Shown here one piece after another: positions 48,089-61,700 of a stretch of DNA of 64,000 nt; the stretch's first letter is position 1, and every line of letters begins with the position of its first letter. The notes beneath the pieces are model-generated. The model worked only from the letters and a program-made list of their open reading frames with translations, was not told where the DNA came from and did not search any database. Both the position numbers and the translations under genes were made by a program. The DNA is from Felis catus (Eukaryota), in assembly GCF_018350175.1 (NCBI RefSeq), contig NC_058371.1, positions 7,006,001-7,070,000 on the forward strand, written 5' to 3'.

Positions 48089-51003
48089 TCACTGCCGGTC
48101 GCTCTCCTCCGAGGACGAGGAAAGCTGCAGGTCATCGTGGAGGATGCTCCGGGAGACAGGCACACAGCCTCCCTCAGACTGGTGTGTGACGGGCGGGCCC
48201 TGGCCAGGGGGGACTGGCCTCTCGGGAGGTGGCAGACAGGGAGCTGCTATGAACCTGGAGCTCCAGCCGCCTTTGTCCAGGCGGCTGAAGATCATTCGCA
48301 GGGGCTGGCCGGGTGCCTGCGGACAGGGCGGACACGGGGGCAAGGTGCACGCCTGGAGAGTGTCCAGGTGAGGTTGGGGGCATGGAGGCTGGAGGCCCCT
48401 GCTTTGCACCGAGGCAGGTGTCTTCCTGGTCAGCTGGGCTGCCCCCGTGGGACCACATGCACTTCTCCTTGCTGGACGACACGGACTCTGGCGCAGCCCC
48501 ACATGGGTGCTCCCTGTGCTCTTGTGGGGTGGCTGGAAGGGGCTGCAACGTGGTTTCTTTTGGGGGTTCTGGCACGTGTCATCGGGGAGCGGGGCCCATC
48601 TCTTGCCTGGTGTCTGGATGTGGGGCTGGGGACTCGGAGCCAAACGGGTTGGAGGAGGATCAGGGCTCACCTCAGGACGCTTGGCTGGTGCCTGGGCGTG
48701 GCCAATGCCACACGCCTTGGAGACAGCCCTGGAAGCTTCCAGGGAGGCACATCGGGGCCGGTGTTGTCTCGGCTGGACACCGAGGCCTGGATCCTGGGCA
48801 GAGCGTTGGTGTGCCGGGGCAGGCGGGGCAGGCAGGGCTGGGGTCCCCACTTGCTGGGCATCCTGTCGGCCAGCAGGCGGGAAGGTGCTCGCCGCAGGTC
48901 TCCCGAGAGGAGCAGCCGACGGGGACAGCTGTGTCGTGTCAGGCGTCCTGCTGGGAGGCTCAGCCGGGATGTGCGGCGCCAGCACGGACACCCTCTTGGT
49001 GGTGTACACGGGCATCGGCCTGTGCGGATGCTGTGGGAACACACAACACACAGACAACGGCCATCAGTCCTTCCCGCCCACCAAGGACACATGCACGACA
49101 AGCACAGCAAAGAAACAGACAGAAACGCAAACAACCGGGAGAGACGGGAAAGGATTGTACTGACAGAGGACAAGGGCCTCCAGCTCAGCGTCGATTGGGA
49201 AGAAACACTGGGCAGTAGCCCCTTGATGCTTTGATTCCACGGGAGCGACGGACCACAAAGGTTGTGCATCGTGCCTGCCTCCCGAAGTGGACAAGCACCT
49301 CCATTCAGGCTTCTAGGGAAAGGACAGGCGTCCTGCAGGTGGAGGTTCACGGGGGGGGGGGGGTGCCTACTGAGTTTGGATGGCCAATGGGGCGGGTGTA
49401 TGTGTCACCAGGGAAAGATGCCTGTGCCTCCCAAGAGGCCTAGGTGTGGGCACAGCGTCCCGAAATGATGTTGGCACGCCCACCCGGCACCCGGTTAGCA
49501 CACATGCAAGGAATCCTGCGGGATCATGGACACCCAGCAAACGTGGCTGGAAAGGACCCGCACGGAAATCCCAATGTTGAGAATCGGGCTGGACCCCCTT
49601 CCTCAGCCAGGAGGGCCGGGAAGCCCGTCACATCCCCGTCCCCAGGAGAGAACGAGAGCAGGGACGGGGGACACTCACCCTCACATAGTCACAGGATTCT
49701 GTGGAGTCCCTCCAGGCTCGCTGCTGCCTTCCAAGGCCTATCCTGGGGAATCTCTGCAGCAGCGCCTTCCTCTGCTGGGCTTCTCGCCTGCACGACCAAG
49801 AACGGGAAGGTGAAGGAGCGGCATTTCGTGTCTTCACCTGGGGAGCCAGCGATGGGGCTTGGGCAAGATCTCCTTGCTTCATCTGCCCTCCTGGCTCCCA
49901 CTCCAGCGAGCCGTCCAGGTTGGCCCAAGACGTCCTTGCATTGAGAGCCGTGTGCGCCACGGCCTGTCATCTGCCGCCTCCCCCTGTCTCCCTACCGCAG
50001 GACACACAGCCTCAGGGACTCCCCCAGAGCAGCTCAATAGGCTCGTGAGGTCCCCTGGGGGGCGGGGAGCTCCTTTCTCTGCCTCCCCCGCCCCTGTGTG
50101 TGTCTGAAGACGACACAGCACCCAGTGTCCGGGTGCAGAGACACAGCGACCTGAGCTGCCAGGCCACGGGCAGGCCGGAGCCGGCTGCGTCCTCACCTTT
50201 GTCCCTCTTCCAGGTCCCTCGCAGCCTGGTTGAAGGGCCCGGGCTTGTGCTGGTCCTGCTGCTGGCGTGGTTCCACATTCTCCTTCGGCTTCCTGGGGAC
50301 GAAGGCCTGGGGGGCCAGGCACCCGTCCCAGCGCTTCATGGGGCACCTGGTGCTGGATGCGTTGTGCCCAAAGGCTCCGCAGTCCTTACACTTGAGCTGC
50401 GGACCAAGGAGGAGGGGCTCAGTGAATCAGCACCAATCACAGCCCAGCTTCAAAGGACATGACAAGGACACACTCGGGGAGCAGAGGACTGGTGTGGGTG
50501 GGCCAGGGCACATCGTGGACGGCTCGGGAGGTGCCAGGAGATGGAAGTTCCTAGGATTCTACCCAAGCCTCTGTGAGGGACGGACCGGGAGTTGGGATTG
50601 CAGGTCTCAGGCCGCGTAGAATGAGCCCCACGCCACGATGGGGACAGACACCAGGCTGGACGTGACCCTACGGCCGAGGGAGCTTATCCCAATGGGCAGG
50701 CTGCTGAGATGCCAAGGCAGGCCACCGTGGGCTAGGAAAGGACGACCGACCTCCGGACACAGAGTCTTCCTTCCCTCGTCATGTGCGATCCCCGGCTTCA
50801 GAGGCATGGCTCCCCCACCCCCACCCGACCCAGCCCCTCCAACCCGCCCAACTGGTTCACCACGCCTCCAGGGCTCCACTTACCCGAGGATCCTCGTCCT
50901 CTAGCCTGGGAACCCTGGGCGCCATGGGTGCTCTCCGTTGCCTCTTCCCGTTTGGGGCTTTCAAGGGTCTGGAAGGTGCGTGCTGGGTGTGACCACCCGC
51001 CAT
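48089..51003 (-). CDS. FAM90A: FAM90A-like protein copy C, intact 4 coding exons, 456 aa, CCHC zinc knuckle
   Basis: Exons: 51003-50884 (MAGGH...QRRAPMAPRVPRLEDEDPR); 50396-50197 (LKCKDCGAFGHNASSTRCPMKRW); 49787-49679 (QRKALLQRFP...STESCDYVR); 49030-48089 (PMPVYTTKR...GQPLRMIFSRLDKGGWSSRF...SILHDDLQLSSSSEESD). GT-AG introns, 1371 nt in frame. Confidence 0.9.
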
Positions 51004-52074
51004 CTGCCCCCTCTCCTTGAAGGGTCAAGTCAGCCTTGCTCGAAGATGGGTTTCTGGCCTTCCTGAGTCAATGGGAAAAGGAGAGTCATTCCCACAGACA
51101 CAACGACTCCTTCATGAACCTTCCTCTCCTCCGCCAGCGGGCATGAGGGGGCGTCATGCCCACCAGGTCAAACACGGTCCTCACCTGGGAGGTGGGACCT
51201 CTCCCTCCTGCATGTTCTACACGCTCTCCCGTGGACCCACCCGCAGGACGGCACCCTCAGGCAAGGCCGTGGAGGTGGTCTTGCGTGACTCACCGGAGAG
51301 ACTTCCGGGAAGTCTCTCCCAGCGCCCTCCGGAAGGAAAACCACACACAAAGTCCCGACCCCCATGGACACCGCAATCCACGCTACGGCGATACTCCCTG
51401 TGGCACCCGGGGTTGCATGTGCAAAGAGAAGGATGCTTGCCTCTCCAGAATGTACCTCTCCTACTTGACCCCCAGAGAAACCACCCTCCAAGACAAAGTC
51501 AAGGAAAACGTTTCGTTTCTGCTCGACTCGACTGGAAGCTTCCCCACGCAGGACCTGAACCCTTTTCTTTCACGTGGCCTTTACGGGGCCCCACGCTGAA
51601 CTCACGTGTCAGCCGTGGCAAATGAGCATTTGCCGTGAAATTTGGGTGAACAAGAAAATTCCTTAGGCTCTGAGGCCCCACGGCGACGTGGAGCAGGATG
51701 CTGTCACTGCTTCCGCACGCCCTCACACCAGTCAGACTCTGGGGTTCGGTTCCTTTGGAAGCAGAACCTCATGTGCTCAGGAACACCGAGAGCCACGCCT
51801 TTCCTCAGTCTCTGTTCTCACAATAGTCTTCAACACTCAAGCGTCCTTCACCTGGTGAGTCGAGGCGCATCACCACCTCCATTTCCTCCCTGGCCCACTT
51901 CTGTGCCAGCTCGTGGGAGCCCCAGATCGTCCCAACCCACCTGAAACGCCAATGTGCTCCTCCTGTGTGTTAGGAGACGTCCGGAGCGGCGGGTGGCAGG
52001 CGGACTGCCGTGGAGGAGACTCAGGCGTGCCCTCGGCGTGCCCGAGGGACGGTCAGTGAGGGACACTTCCTTCC

Positions 52075-52145
52075 TTCCCGGACTCTTAGACCCGCCCGAG
52101 GTCACGTGACCTCTCGGGCACTTTAATCCCATGCAGCCCATCCCC
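52075..52145 (-). promoter_or_regulatory. Putative FAM90A-C promoter (TATA-less, GC box)
   Basis: Homologous to the B promoter; GAGGTCACGTGACCTC 52098-52113, CCCGCCC and TAATCC. Confidence 0.55.
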
Positions 52146-53440
52146 TTGGTGCTCCTCACGTCTCCACACTAGGAACGAATCCTGGAGGTTTAGCGATTGC
52201 TTGCCGTTGTAACTGGTATGCATGCATGTGGAGATAGACTTCTCAGAACACATCTTCACCCTTGGACAAAGAGACTCGTGTGTGCATGCCTGTTGCATTC
52301 CTAAACTGGTGTTTCTTGTGGGTCTCCAGGGAAGCTTGCGGGGCCCCTGGCCTCACGTACGTTCCTGTGGTTGGGGGCCCCTTCGGCGTCCTCCGTGTCC
52401 AAGCTTCTCCCTTTCCCAACGGGAGCGGTGTGTCCATGACCTATTTGCAGTGTCCCTTCACTCCACACCCTGCCCTGCCCTCCCCGTCCCCCTTTCTGTC
52501 TCTAGGGCGGTGAGTGCGCTCACTGGGACCTTCGGAGGAATGGGATCCTGTGTCCCGTGTCCCCTGGGGACTAGCTGCCTTGGCACTTGGTCTCGTGACC
52601 CAAGTCGCCGTTCCCGACAAGTCCCTGTGTTGACGCAGGGGGCTCCCGGTGGCCAACGCCCCTCGCTTGGGGCTCTTTGTTCTTGCCCGTCAACTCGGAC
52701 GTTCTGTTTAGCTTTTGCTCCCATTGGGGGATGTTGGTGTGACTGCCACCATTTCTCCTGGCCTGGTCTGGCTGGCCTCAGCCACGGACGCTGTGTCAGG
52801 GAGATGTCTTTGGGATCCTGAAGGGCAAGACCCACGGGACAAGGCGCAACCCCATCGGCGGGGCATTCCTGAGTGTCATGCAAGCGAGCACCTTTCTCCC
52901 ACAGCAGTGCAAAAGCTAGCGGCCCCACTGGCCAAGGTGGAGGGCCTGCGTCGGCAGTGCCGTCGGCACCCTGGATGGTTTCCCTCCTTGAACATTGGCG
53001 TGTGTTGGGCGTCGTGTGCGCTTTACATGTGGCCTTTCCTATCCTCTCCGGGAGGCTGCTCCTGTGGCCTCTGTCCACTGCCCTCAAGGCATGGCCCTCC
53101 CCCAACCTGGTGCCCTCCAGCCCCGCCCACCGCTTCCTTCAGCCTCTGCCTGGCCTCCTCACTCCATGGCACCATACTACGGCCCCACCCCCTTACACGC
53201 AGCATCCTTATCCCTGCCACACCCATGCCCACACCCTTTCCCAATGCTCTCAAACCTCCGTTGGCTTGGCCTCGCTTCCAGGCTGTGGCTCCACGGGGCC
53301 AGCCTGGCGCCGGCCACTCTCAGGACCACTCCCCAGGGAGAAGCCCCCAGATAGTGGGCGGCGGAGGGGGCGAGCGAGGCCAGGGCACAAGCACACCTTT
53401 CCCTGTTCTTCAAATATCCGTTGGCCCCCTCCCTGCTTTG

Positions 53441-53498
53441 TTTAGTACCCCTCCCTATATTATATTATTTTAGTACCCCTCCCTATATTATATTATTT
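53441..53498. repeat. 29-bp tandem duplication
   Basis: tttagtacccctccctatattatattatt x2. Confidence 0.85.
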
Positions 53499-54343
53499 TT
53501 CCTTCCCTTCCCTGAGGCTCATCTGTTTTGCACCTTAGAGCCTTCATATGAGTGAAGTCATATGCTAGTTGTCTCTCTCTGACTAATTTCGCTGAGGAGA
53601 ATACCCTCTACTTCTAGCCACATAGTTGCGAATGGCACCCCGTCTTTCCTTTCGATCGCCGCGTAATGTTCCACTGGACATATATGTGCCACCTCTTCTT
53701 TTTCCATTCCATGCATCTATGGACATTCGGGCTCTTTCCATACTTTGGCTATTGTTGGTAGTGCTGCTAGAAGCTTTTGGGGGCGTTTGGGTGCAGGTGC
53801 CCCTTCGAGACAGCACACCCATATCCCTTGGATAAATACCTAGTCGTGCAATTGCTGGCTCATAGGGTCGCTGTGCTTTCAATTTTTTGAGGAACCTCCA
53901 TACTGTTTTCCAGAGTGGCGGCGCCAGTTTGCCTTCCCACCAGCAGTGCCAAAGAGATCCTGTTGCTCCGCACCCTCGCCAACATCGCTTGTTGCCTGAG
54001 TTGTTAATGTTAGCCATTATGACACGTGTGAAGTGGTAGCTCACTGTGATCTTGATACGGATTTCCCTGATGATGAGTGAGGTTGAGCATTTTTTCATGT
54101 GTCAGTTGACCATCTGGATGTCTTCTTGGATAAGTGTCTATTCATGACTTTTGCCCATTTCTTCACTGGATTCGTTGGGTTTTGGCTGTTGAGTGTGATC
54201 AGTTCTTTATCGATTTGTACACTGAGCCTTTCTCCGATGTGTCGTTCGCAAATATCTTCTCCCATTGATGATTTAGCTGATTCGTTAGTGTAGCTGATCT
54301 GTTTCCTTCACGGTGCAGAAGAGTTTTCTTTTAATGAGTTCTC

Positions 54344-55735
54344 TTTTTTTTTTAATGAAATTTATTGACAAATTGGTTTCCATACAACACCCAGTGCCCA
54401 TCCCAAAAGGTGCCCTCCTCAATACCCATCATCCACCCTCTCCTCCCTCCCACCCCCCATCAACCCTCAGTTTGTTCTCAGTTTTTAACAGTCTCTTATG
54501 CTTTGGCTCTCTCCCACTCTAACCTCTTTTTTTTTTTTCCCTTCCCCTCCCCCATGGGTTCCTGTTAAGTTTCTCAGGATCCACATAAGAGTGAAACCAT
54601 ATGGTATCTGTCTTTCTCTGTATGGCTTATTTCACTTAACATCACACTCTCCAGTTCCATCCACGTTGCTACAAAAGGCCATATTTCATTTTTTCTCATT
54701 GCCACATAATATTCCATTGTGTATATAAACCACAATTTCTTTATCCATTCATCAGTTGATGGACATTTAGGCTCTTTCCATAATTTGGCTATTGTTGAGA
54801 GTGCTGCTATGAACATTGGGGTACAAGTGGCCCTATGCATCAGTACTCCTGTATCCCTTGGATAAATTCCTAGCAGTGCTATTGCTGGGTCATAGGGTAG
54901 GTCTATTTTTAATTTTCTGAGGAACCTCCACACTGCTTTCCAGAGCGGCTGCACCAATTTGCATTCCCACCAACAGTGCAAGAGGGTTCCCGTTTCTCCA
55001 CATCCTCGCCAGCATCTATAGTCTCCTGATTTGTTCATTTTGGCCACTCTGACTGGCGTNNNNNNNNNNNNNNNNNNNNNNNNNNNNNNNNNNNNNNNNN
55101 NNNNNNNNNNNNNNNNNNNNNNNNNNNNNNNNNNNNNNNNNNNNNNNNNNNNNNNNNNNNNNNNNNNNNNNNNNNNNNNNNNNNNNNNNNTCTTCACTGG
55201 GTTATTTGTTTTTCGGGTGTGGAGTTTGGTGAGCTCTTTATAGATTTTGGATACTAGCCCTTTGTCCGATATGTCATTTGCGAATATCTTTTCCCATTCC
55301 GTTGGTTGCCTTTTAGTTTTGTTGGTTGTTTCCTTTGCTGTGCAGAAGCTTTTTATCTTCATAAGGTCCCAGTCATTCACTTTTGCTTTTAATTCCCTTG
55401 CCTTTGGGGATGTGTCGAGTAAGAGATTGCTACGGCTGAGGTCAGAGAGGTCTTTTCCTCCTTTCTCCTCTAAGGTTTTGATGGTTTCCTGTCTCACATT
55501 TAGGTCCTTTATCCGTTTTGAGTTTATTTTTGTGAATGGTGTGAGAAAGTGGTCTCGTTTCCACCTTCTGCATGTTGCTGTCCAGTTCTCCCAGCACCAT
55601 TTGTTAAAGAGGCTGTCTTTTTTCCATTGGATGTTCTTTCCTGCTTTGTCAAAGATGAGTTGGCCATACGTTTGTGGGTGTAGTTCTGGGGTTTCTATTC
55701 TGTTCCATTGGTCTATGTGTCTGTTTTTGTGCCAG
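54344..55735 (-). mobile_element. Younger 5'-truncated L1 nested in the older L1
   Basis: Open ORF2 C-terminus (54574-55497), poly-T at 54344, TSD atgagttctc at 54334 and 55736. Confidence 0.9.
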
Positions 55736-58711
55736 ATGAGTTCTCAATAGGTCGTGTTTCCTTTTGTTTCCCTTGCCTCCGGAGACGTGTTGAGTAAGAA
55801 GTTGCTGTGGCCCAGATCACAGAGGCTTTTGCCTGCTTTCTCCTCGAGGGTTTTGACGGCTTCCTGTCTTACACTTAGGACGTTCCTCCCTTTTGAGTTT
55901 CTTTATGTGTACGGTGTAAGAAAGTGGTGCGGGTTCCTTTTACGCGTGTCGCTGTCCAGTTTTCCCAGCACCACTTGTTGAAGAGACTGTCTTTATTCCA
56001 TTGGCTATTCTTTCCTGCTTTGTCAAGGAATAGTTGGCCATCCATTTGTGGGTCCGTTTCTGTTCTCTTGAGCTGAGTGTCCGCTTCTGTGCCACTACCA
56101 TACTGTCTTGATGATTACAGCTGTGTAATTACAGCTTGACGTCTGCGATTGTGATGCATCCAGCTTTCCTTTCTTTTTCAACAGTGCTTTGGCTCTTCAG
56201 GGTCTTTTCTGGGTCCATACAAATTCTAGTCTTGTCTGTTCCAGCTCTGTGAGGAGTGCTGGTGCTCTTTGGATAGGTGTTGCTTTGAGTATGTCGATTG
56301 CTTTGGGTGGTACTGACATTTTACCCATATGTCGTCCTCCCAACCAGGAGCGTGGAATATTTTTCCATTGTGTTTTCTGCCTTCTAAAATTTCATGTAGT
56401 TTTCAGTGTATAGATTTTTCATCTCTTTGGTTACATTCATTCGTAGGTATTTTATGATTTTGGGGTGCAATTGTCAATGGGACCGATGCTTGATTTTTCT
56501 TCCTGTTGCTTCATCATTGGTGTATGGGTTTGCAGCGGGTTTCTGTGCATTGATTTCACATCCTGCAACTTTGCTGAAGTCATGGATCAGTTCTAGCAGT
56601 TTTGGGTGGAATCTTTTGGGTTTTCCATATAGAGTATCATGTCATCCACCAAGAGGGAACGTTGGACCTCTCCCGGCCAATTTGGAGGCCTTTGAGTCCT
56701 TTGTGTTGTCTGATGGCTGAGGCTAAGGCTTCCAATGCGATGGTGAATAATAGTGGCAAGAGTGGACCTCCCTGGCTGGTCCCTGTCCTTAGGGAGAAAG
56801 CTCTCAGGATTTCCCCATGGGGGATGATACTCGCGTTGGGTCTTTCGTATATGACTTATATGATCCTTCTAGCCCTACGTTCTTGAGGGTTTGTGTCCAG
56901 ATAGGATGTTGTATTTTGTCCCATGCTTTCTCCGCATCGATTGAGAGGATCGTGTGGTTCTTGTCCTTTCTTTTCTTAGGGGTGATGAATCACATGGATT
57001 GTTTTGTGCATATTGAACCAGATCTGCATCCCAGGTATAGATCCCACCTGGTCGTGGCGAATCATTTTTGGGATATATTGTTGGATCCGATCGGCTAATA
57101 ACTTGGTGAGGAGTTTTGCATCCATGTTCATCAGGGAAATGGGTCCATCGTTCTCCTTTGTCGTGGGGTCTCTGTCTCGATTTGGAATCAAGGAAACGCT
57201 GGCTCCGTAGAAAGAGCTTGGCAGTTTTCCTTCCGTTTCTCTCTTTTGGAGCAGCTTCAAGGGAACAGATATGAACTCTTCTCTAAATGTTTGGGAGAAT
57301 TCCCCCGGAAAGCCATCTGGCCCTGGACTCTGTATTCTTCTTTTGGTGGGGGTGGGGGCAGGGGGAGATTTTTGATTACTAATTCATTTTCTTTACTTGT
57401 TTTGGTCTGTTCAAATTTTCTTTCTTCCTGTTTCAGTTTTGGTAGTTGATACGTTTCTTGGGATTTGTCCATTTCTCCCAGATGGCCCATTTTATTGGTG
57501 TATAATTGCTCACAACATTCTCGTAGTATTGTTTGTATTTCTGCTGTGTTGGTTGTGGTCTCTCCTCTTTTGTTCTTGATTTCCTTTGTTTGGGTCCTTT
57601 CCTTTTTCTTTTTGAGCAAACTGGCTAGGGATTGATCAATTTTGTGAATTCTTTCAACGAATCAGCTCTGGTTTCATTGATCCGTTCTGGTGTTGTTGCT
57701 GTTTGTTTTCTTGTTGTACTTGTTTTTGTTTTTGTGTTTTGTTTTTTTGGTTTCCGTAGCATTGATTTCTGCTCTAATCTGCATTATATCCTGTCTCTGC
57801 TGGTTTGGGGTTTTCTTTGCTGTTCTTTTTCCAACTCTTTGAGGCAAACGGTTAGATTGTGTCTCTGAGCCGTTTCTTCTTTCTTTCGGAAGGCCTGGAT
57901 TGCTATAGACTTCCCTCGAATGACCCCCTTTGCTGCGTCCCAGAGGTTTTGGCCTGTGGTGTTACCGTTTTCCTTGGCTTCCATGGACTGTTTAATTTCC
58001 TCTTTAACTTCTCGGTTAGCCCATTCACTCTTAAGTACGGTGTTCTTTAGTCTCCAGGTATTTGTTCCATGTCCACATTGTTTCTTGTCGTGATTTCGAG
58101 TTTCATAGCATTGTGGTCTGAGAACATGCACGATAGGATCTCGATCTTTTTGTCCTTGTTGAGGGCTGATTTGTGTCCCAGTATGGGATCTATTGTGGAG
58201 AATGTTCCGTGCGCACTGGAGAAGAATGTCTATTTGCCTGCTTTAGGATGAAATGTTCTGACTATATCTGTCAAGCCCATCTGGCCCAGTGTGTCATTCA
58301 AAACCATTGCTTCCTTGTTGAGTGTAGGTTTAGGTGAGCTGTCCGTTGCTGTAAGTGGGGGGTTGAGGTTCCCTGCTAGTATGGTATCATTCTCAATGAG
58401 TGTCTTTATGGGTGTTATGAATTGATGGATGTATTTGGGCGCACCACATTTGGTGCATAAATGTTCACAATCGTGAGGTCTTCTTGGTGGACAGACCCAA
58501 TAATTATGACATAACGCCCTTCTACGTGTCTCGTTAGAGTCTTTATTTTAAAGTCTAGATTGTCCGATGTGAGTATGGCTACTCCTGCTTTCTTTTGTCA
58601 ACCATGAGCATGAGAGATGGTTTTCCATCCCCTTGCTTTCAATCTGAAGGCGTCTTTAGATCTAAAGCGGGTCCCTTGTAAGCAGCGTATGGATGACCTT
58701 CTTTTCTCACC

Positions 58712-61700
58712 CATTCTGTCACCCTATGTGTTTTGATTGGAGCATTGAGTCCATTGACGTTGAGAGTGAGTACTGAAAGGTATGAAGTGATCGCCATTGT
58801 GTTGCTTGTAGAGTTGGAGTTTCTGGTGGTGTTCGCCGATCCTTGCCAGTGTTTTCTGCCTGTGGTCTGTTTTTTTCTTTTACGTCTTTTGTCCCCTGGG
58901 AGAGCCTGCCTTCAAATGTCTTGCAGGGCTGGTTGAGTGGTCAGGAACTCCTTTACTTTTTGCTTGGGAAACTTTCCATCTCTATTTCTATTTGGAATGA
59001 CAGCTTTGCTGGACAAATAAGTTTTGGACGCATCCTTTCAGGATTCAGTGCAATGAATATATCCGGCCACTCATTTCTGGGCTGCCAGGTTTCTGTGGAT
59101 AGGTCTGCTGCACATGTGGTCAGTCGTCCCTTGTAGGGGAAGGACTTTTGTTTCCCTTGCTGCTTTCATGATTCTTTCCTCGCCTGAGTATTTTGTGAAC
59201 TCGACTAGGCTCTGCCTTGTTGATGGTTGGACGTTGTTGAATCTAATGGGAGTCTTCTGTGCTTCCTGGATTTTATGTGTCTTTCCCAGGTTGGGAAAGT
59301 TTTGTGCTGTGATGTGCTCACATAACCCTTCTATCCCCTTGTCTCTCTCTCTTCGTCTTCTGGGACCCCTATGATTGTGATGTGATTCCTTTTCAATGAG
59401 TCGCTGAGTTCCCGAATTCTTAAACCCTGCTCTTTTGCTTTAGTCTCCCTCTTTCCTTCTGCTTCGTTATTCTCCATCGCTTTGTCCCCTCTATCGCTGG
59501 TTCCCTGCTCAGCCTTATCATCCTTGCCGCTGTGGCATCTGTTCCAGATCGCAGCTCGCTTTTAGCATTGTTTATTGCATCCTGGCTAGCTTTTACTTCT
59601 TTTATCCCCACAGAAAGGCATTCTCATCTACTTTCGACCCCAGCTGGTATTCTTATTATCGTGATTCTAAATTGTGGTTCAAACGTCTTGCTCGTATCTG
59701 TGTTGGGTAAGGGCCTGGCTGTCCTTTCTTCCTGCTCTTTCTGTGGGGGTGAATTCCTTTGCTTCGTCATTTTGGAGGAAGGAAAGGAATGACTAAGATA
59801 AAAGATTTCAAAATTTAAAAATAAGAAACAACACACACACACACAAATCACACAAATGATGCTAGATCGTAGGTGAGTTTTGGTCTGGTTGTTGAAATGG
59901 GCTTGAAAGATTAGAGGAAAAAGGGAAAGAACTAAAAAAAAGGAAACCGTTTGAACATTTGGAAAAAAGAATACAATGAAATAGGATAAAATGAAATGAT
60001 GGCATTCAAATAGCATTTGACAGATTTACAAAACATTAAACGAATATAGTCGAAAAAAATTCAAGGAAATTATTTTCAACCATGGAAAAGAACAACATAT
60101 TTTTTCTCTTTCTGTCTTCATGAAAAAGAAAAGAAATGAAAAAGAAAAGAAAAGAGATGGACCCGCGAACAGACTGAAATACGATTGAAGTTACATCGTT
60201 GTCCCCTAGAAGTCAAAGGATGAAGCACTTTGTGGTCCATACACTACAAAGTGGCGGAGACACTTGGGTTCCTGAAGAGCCAGGTTGGCCCAGTTGGGCG
60301 GTGCTAAGTGTCACGGCTGTGTTCTCCACTAGATGGCGCAGCTAGCCTACGAGCGCGGATTGCTGGGGCGCTTGGAGGTGCATATGCGCATGCGCGGGAG
60401 CGGAGCCCTTGGCGTCACACAGGTGCCCAGTCTGTAGTATCTGAACTCGGCTGTCTGCGATCAGCAATCCTACCCCCGTCCTTTGTCTCCGGCTTCTGTC
60501 CACTCGCCGCTTTGACACTGTCCGTGGCCCAGGCGTCAGGTTGCCAGGAGACACCTCCCTCCTGGGATTTACCTCCCAGGCGGCTGTGTTTCCCGACCCC
60601 CCACTTCTGAGGGCCTGAGCAGGCTGAGAGCTGCTCAGATCCTCTGCGTCAGGATCTCAGCGAGCAGTGGCCGGGTGCCGGCCGCACCCAGGAACGTTGG
60701 CAACGCCGTGCCGCTGCCGCTGCCCAGAGACTGCGGCTGGGTGCCAGCCTGCGCCCGAAAGCGTTCACGCGATGGTGTAGCAGCAGCGTTTCGAGGATTA
60801 TGGACAATCACCACACACTTCTGGTACCGGGCTTCCCCCTTAACGACCTTGTTCCAGCACCAGCGAATGTGGCTGTTCTCCGGGGTCTGCTGGGACCTCT
60901 GGGGTCGGCTGGGGTGGCCACACAGACTCTACCTCGCGTCCTCGCAGCAGGGGAACCGCTTTTCTCCGTGTGGTTCCAGACACCCCTCCTCCACACCCCC
61001 AGTCTTCATTCACTCTGCTCTCGGGGATTCGCCCTTCCGACCAGAGCACCGCCAGGTATCAGATGCGGACTTTCGCACTCTGCCCTCCCCCTGTTTGTAC
61101 GGTCTTCATGGAATTTAAACCCGCTCCTTCCTCCTTCCTCCCCTTTTGGTTCAGTGCCTGTGGCTCTTTCCACATTTCCACTTTGTCCCCAGCTGCTTTT
61201 GGCGGGGGGAGGGGAGGGCGAGGGGATTGCTTTCCCCATATTCTGCCCCTGTCTCCGTCCTCTCTCTGCAGGCAAACACAGCTCCCTGCCCTCTGTGGCT
61301 TCTCTCTTCCCCAGCTCACCTCTCTGCGCCGCATCCCCACTGAGTTCTGGGGTTCAGGTTGGGCAACCTGTGGCGTGAATCCTCAGATCGGTTTTCGAGG
61401 TGTGCAGGATGCTTTTGTGTTGTTGTGGCTGCATTTTAGGGATGCAAGACGCAAAAGAAACTTCCATGCTCTTCTGCCATCTCGGCCCCTCCCCCCACAC
61501 TGCCTTTTCTGTCTCGTCATGAATACCCTTACGAATTGCAGGGTGACATCTCTGAATTAAGCTTTCCGTGACAAGTCCAGATTAGGCTGGCTGGATTTGG
61601 CGAGACCAAATAACGCTGTTCCTATTGCCGTGATTGCTCCCACATCGCCGCACGTGAGGCCACCTCCTGGTGTTCCCCTATGCCATCTTCTTTGCTCATT

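Larger units (their letters stand above)
36903..58711. repeat. One full period (~21.8 kb) of a USP17+FAM90A tandem repeat
   Basis: 36903-42451 is nearly identical to 58712-64000. Offset is 21809 at the start and 21549 after a unit-1-specific SINE. Confidence 0.9.
53426..61496 (-). mobile_element. Older near full-length LINE-1, degraded and CpG-rich, inside the tandem unit
   Basis: Broken ORF2/ORF1 homology. 5'UTR ends ctgccatctcggcccctcccccc. Poly(A) end is missing. Confidence 0.9.

Noticed and set aside
48137-49234. 365-, 301- and 238-aa plus-strand ORFs
   Set aside because: GC-rich antisense shadows of the FAM90A last exon.
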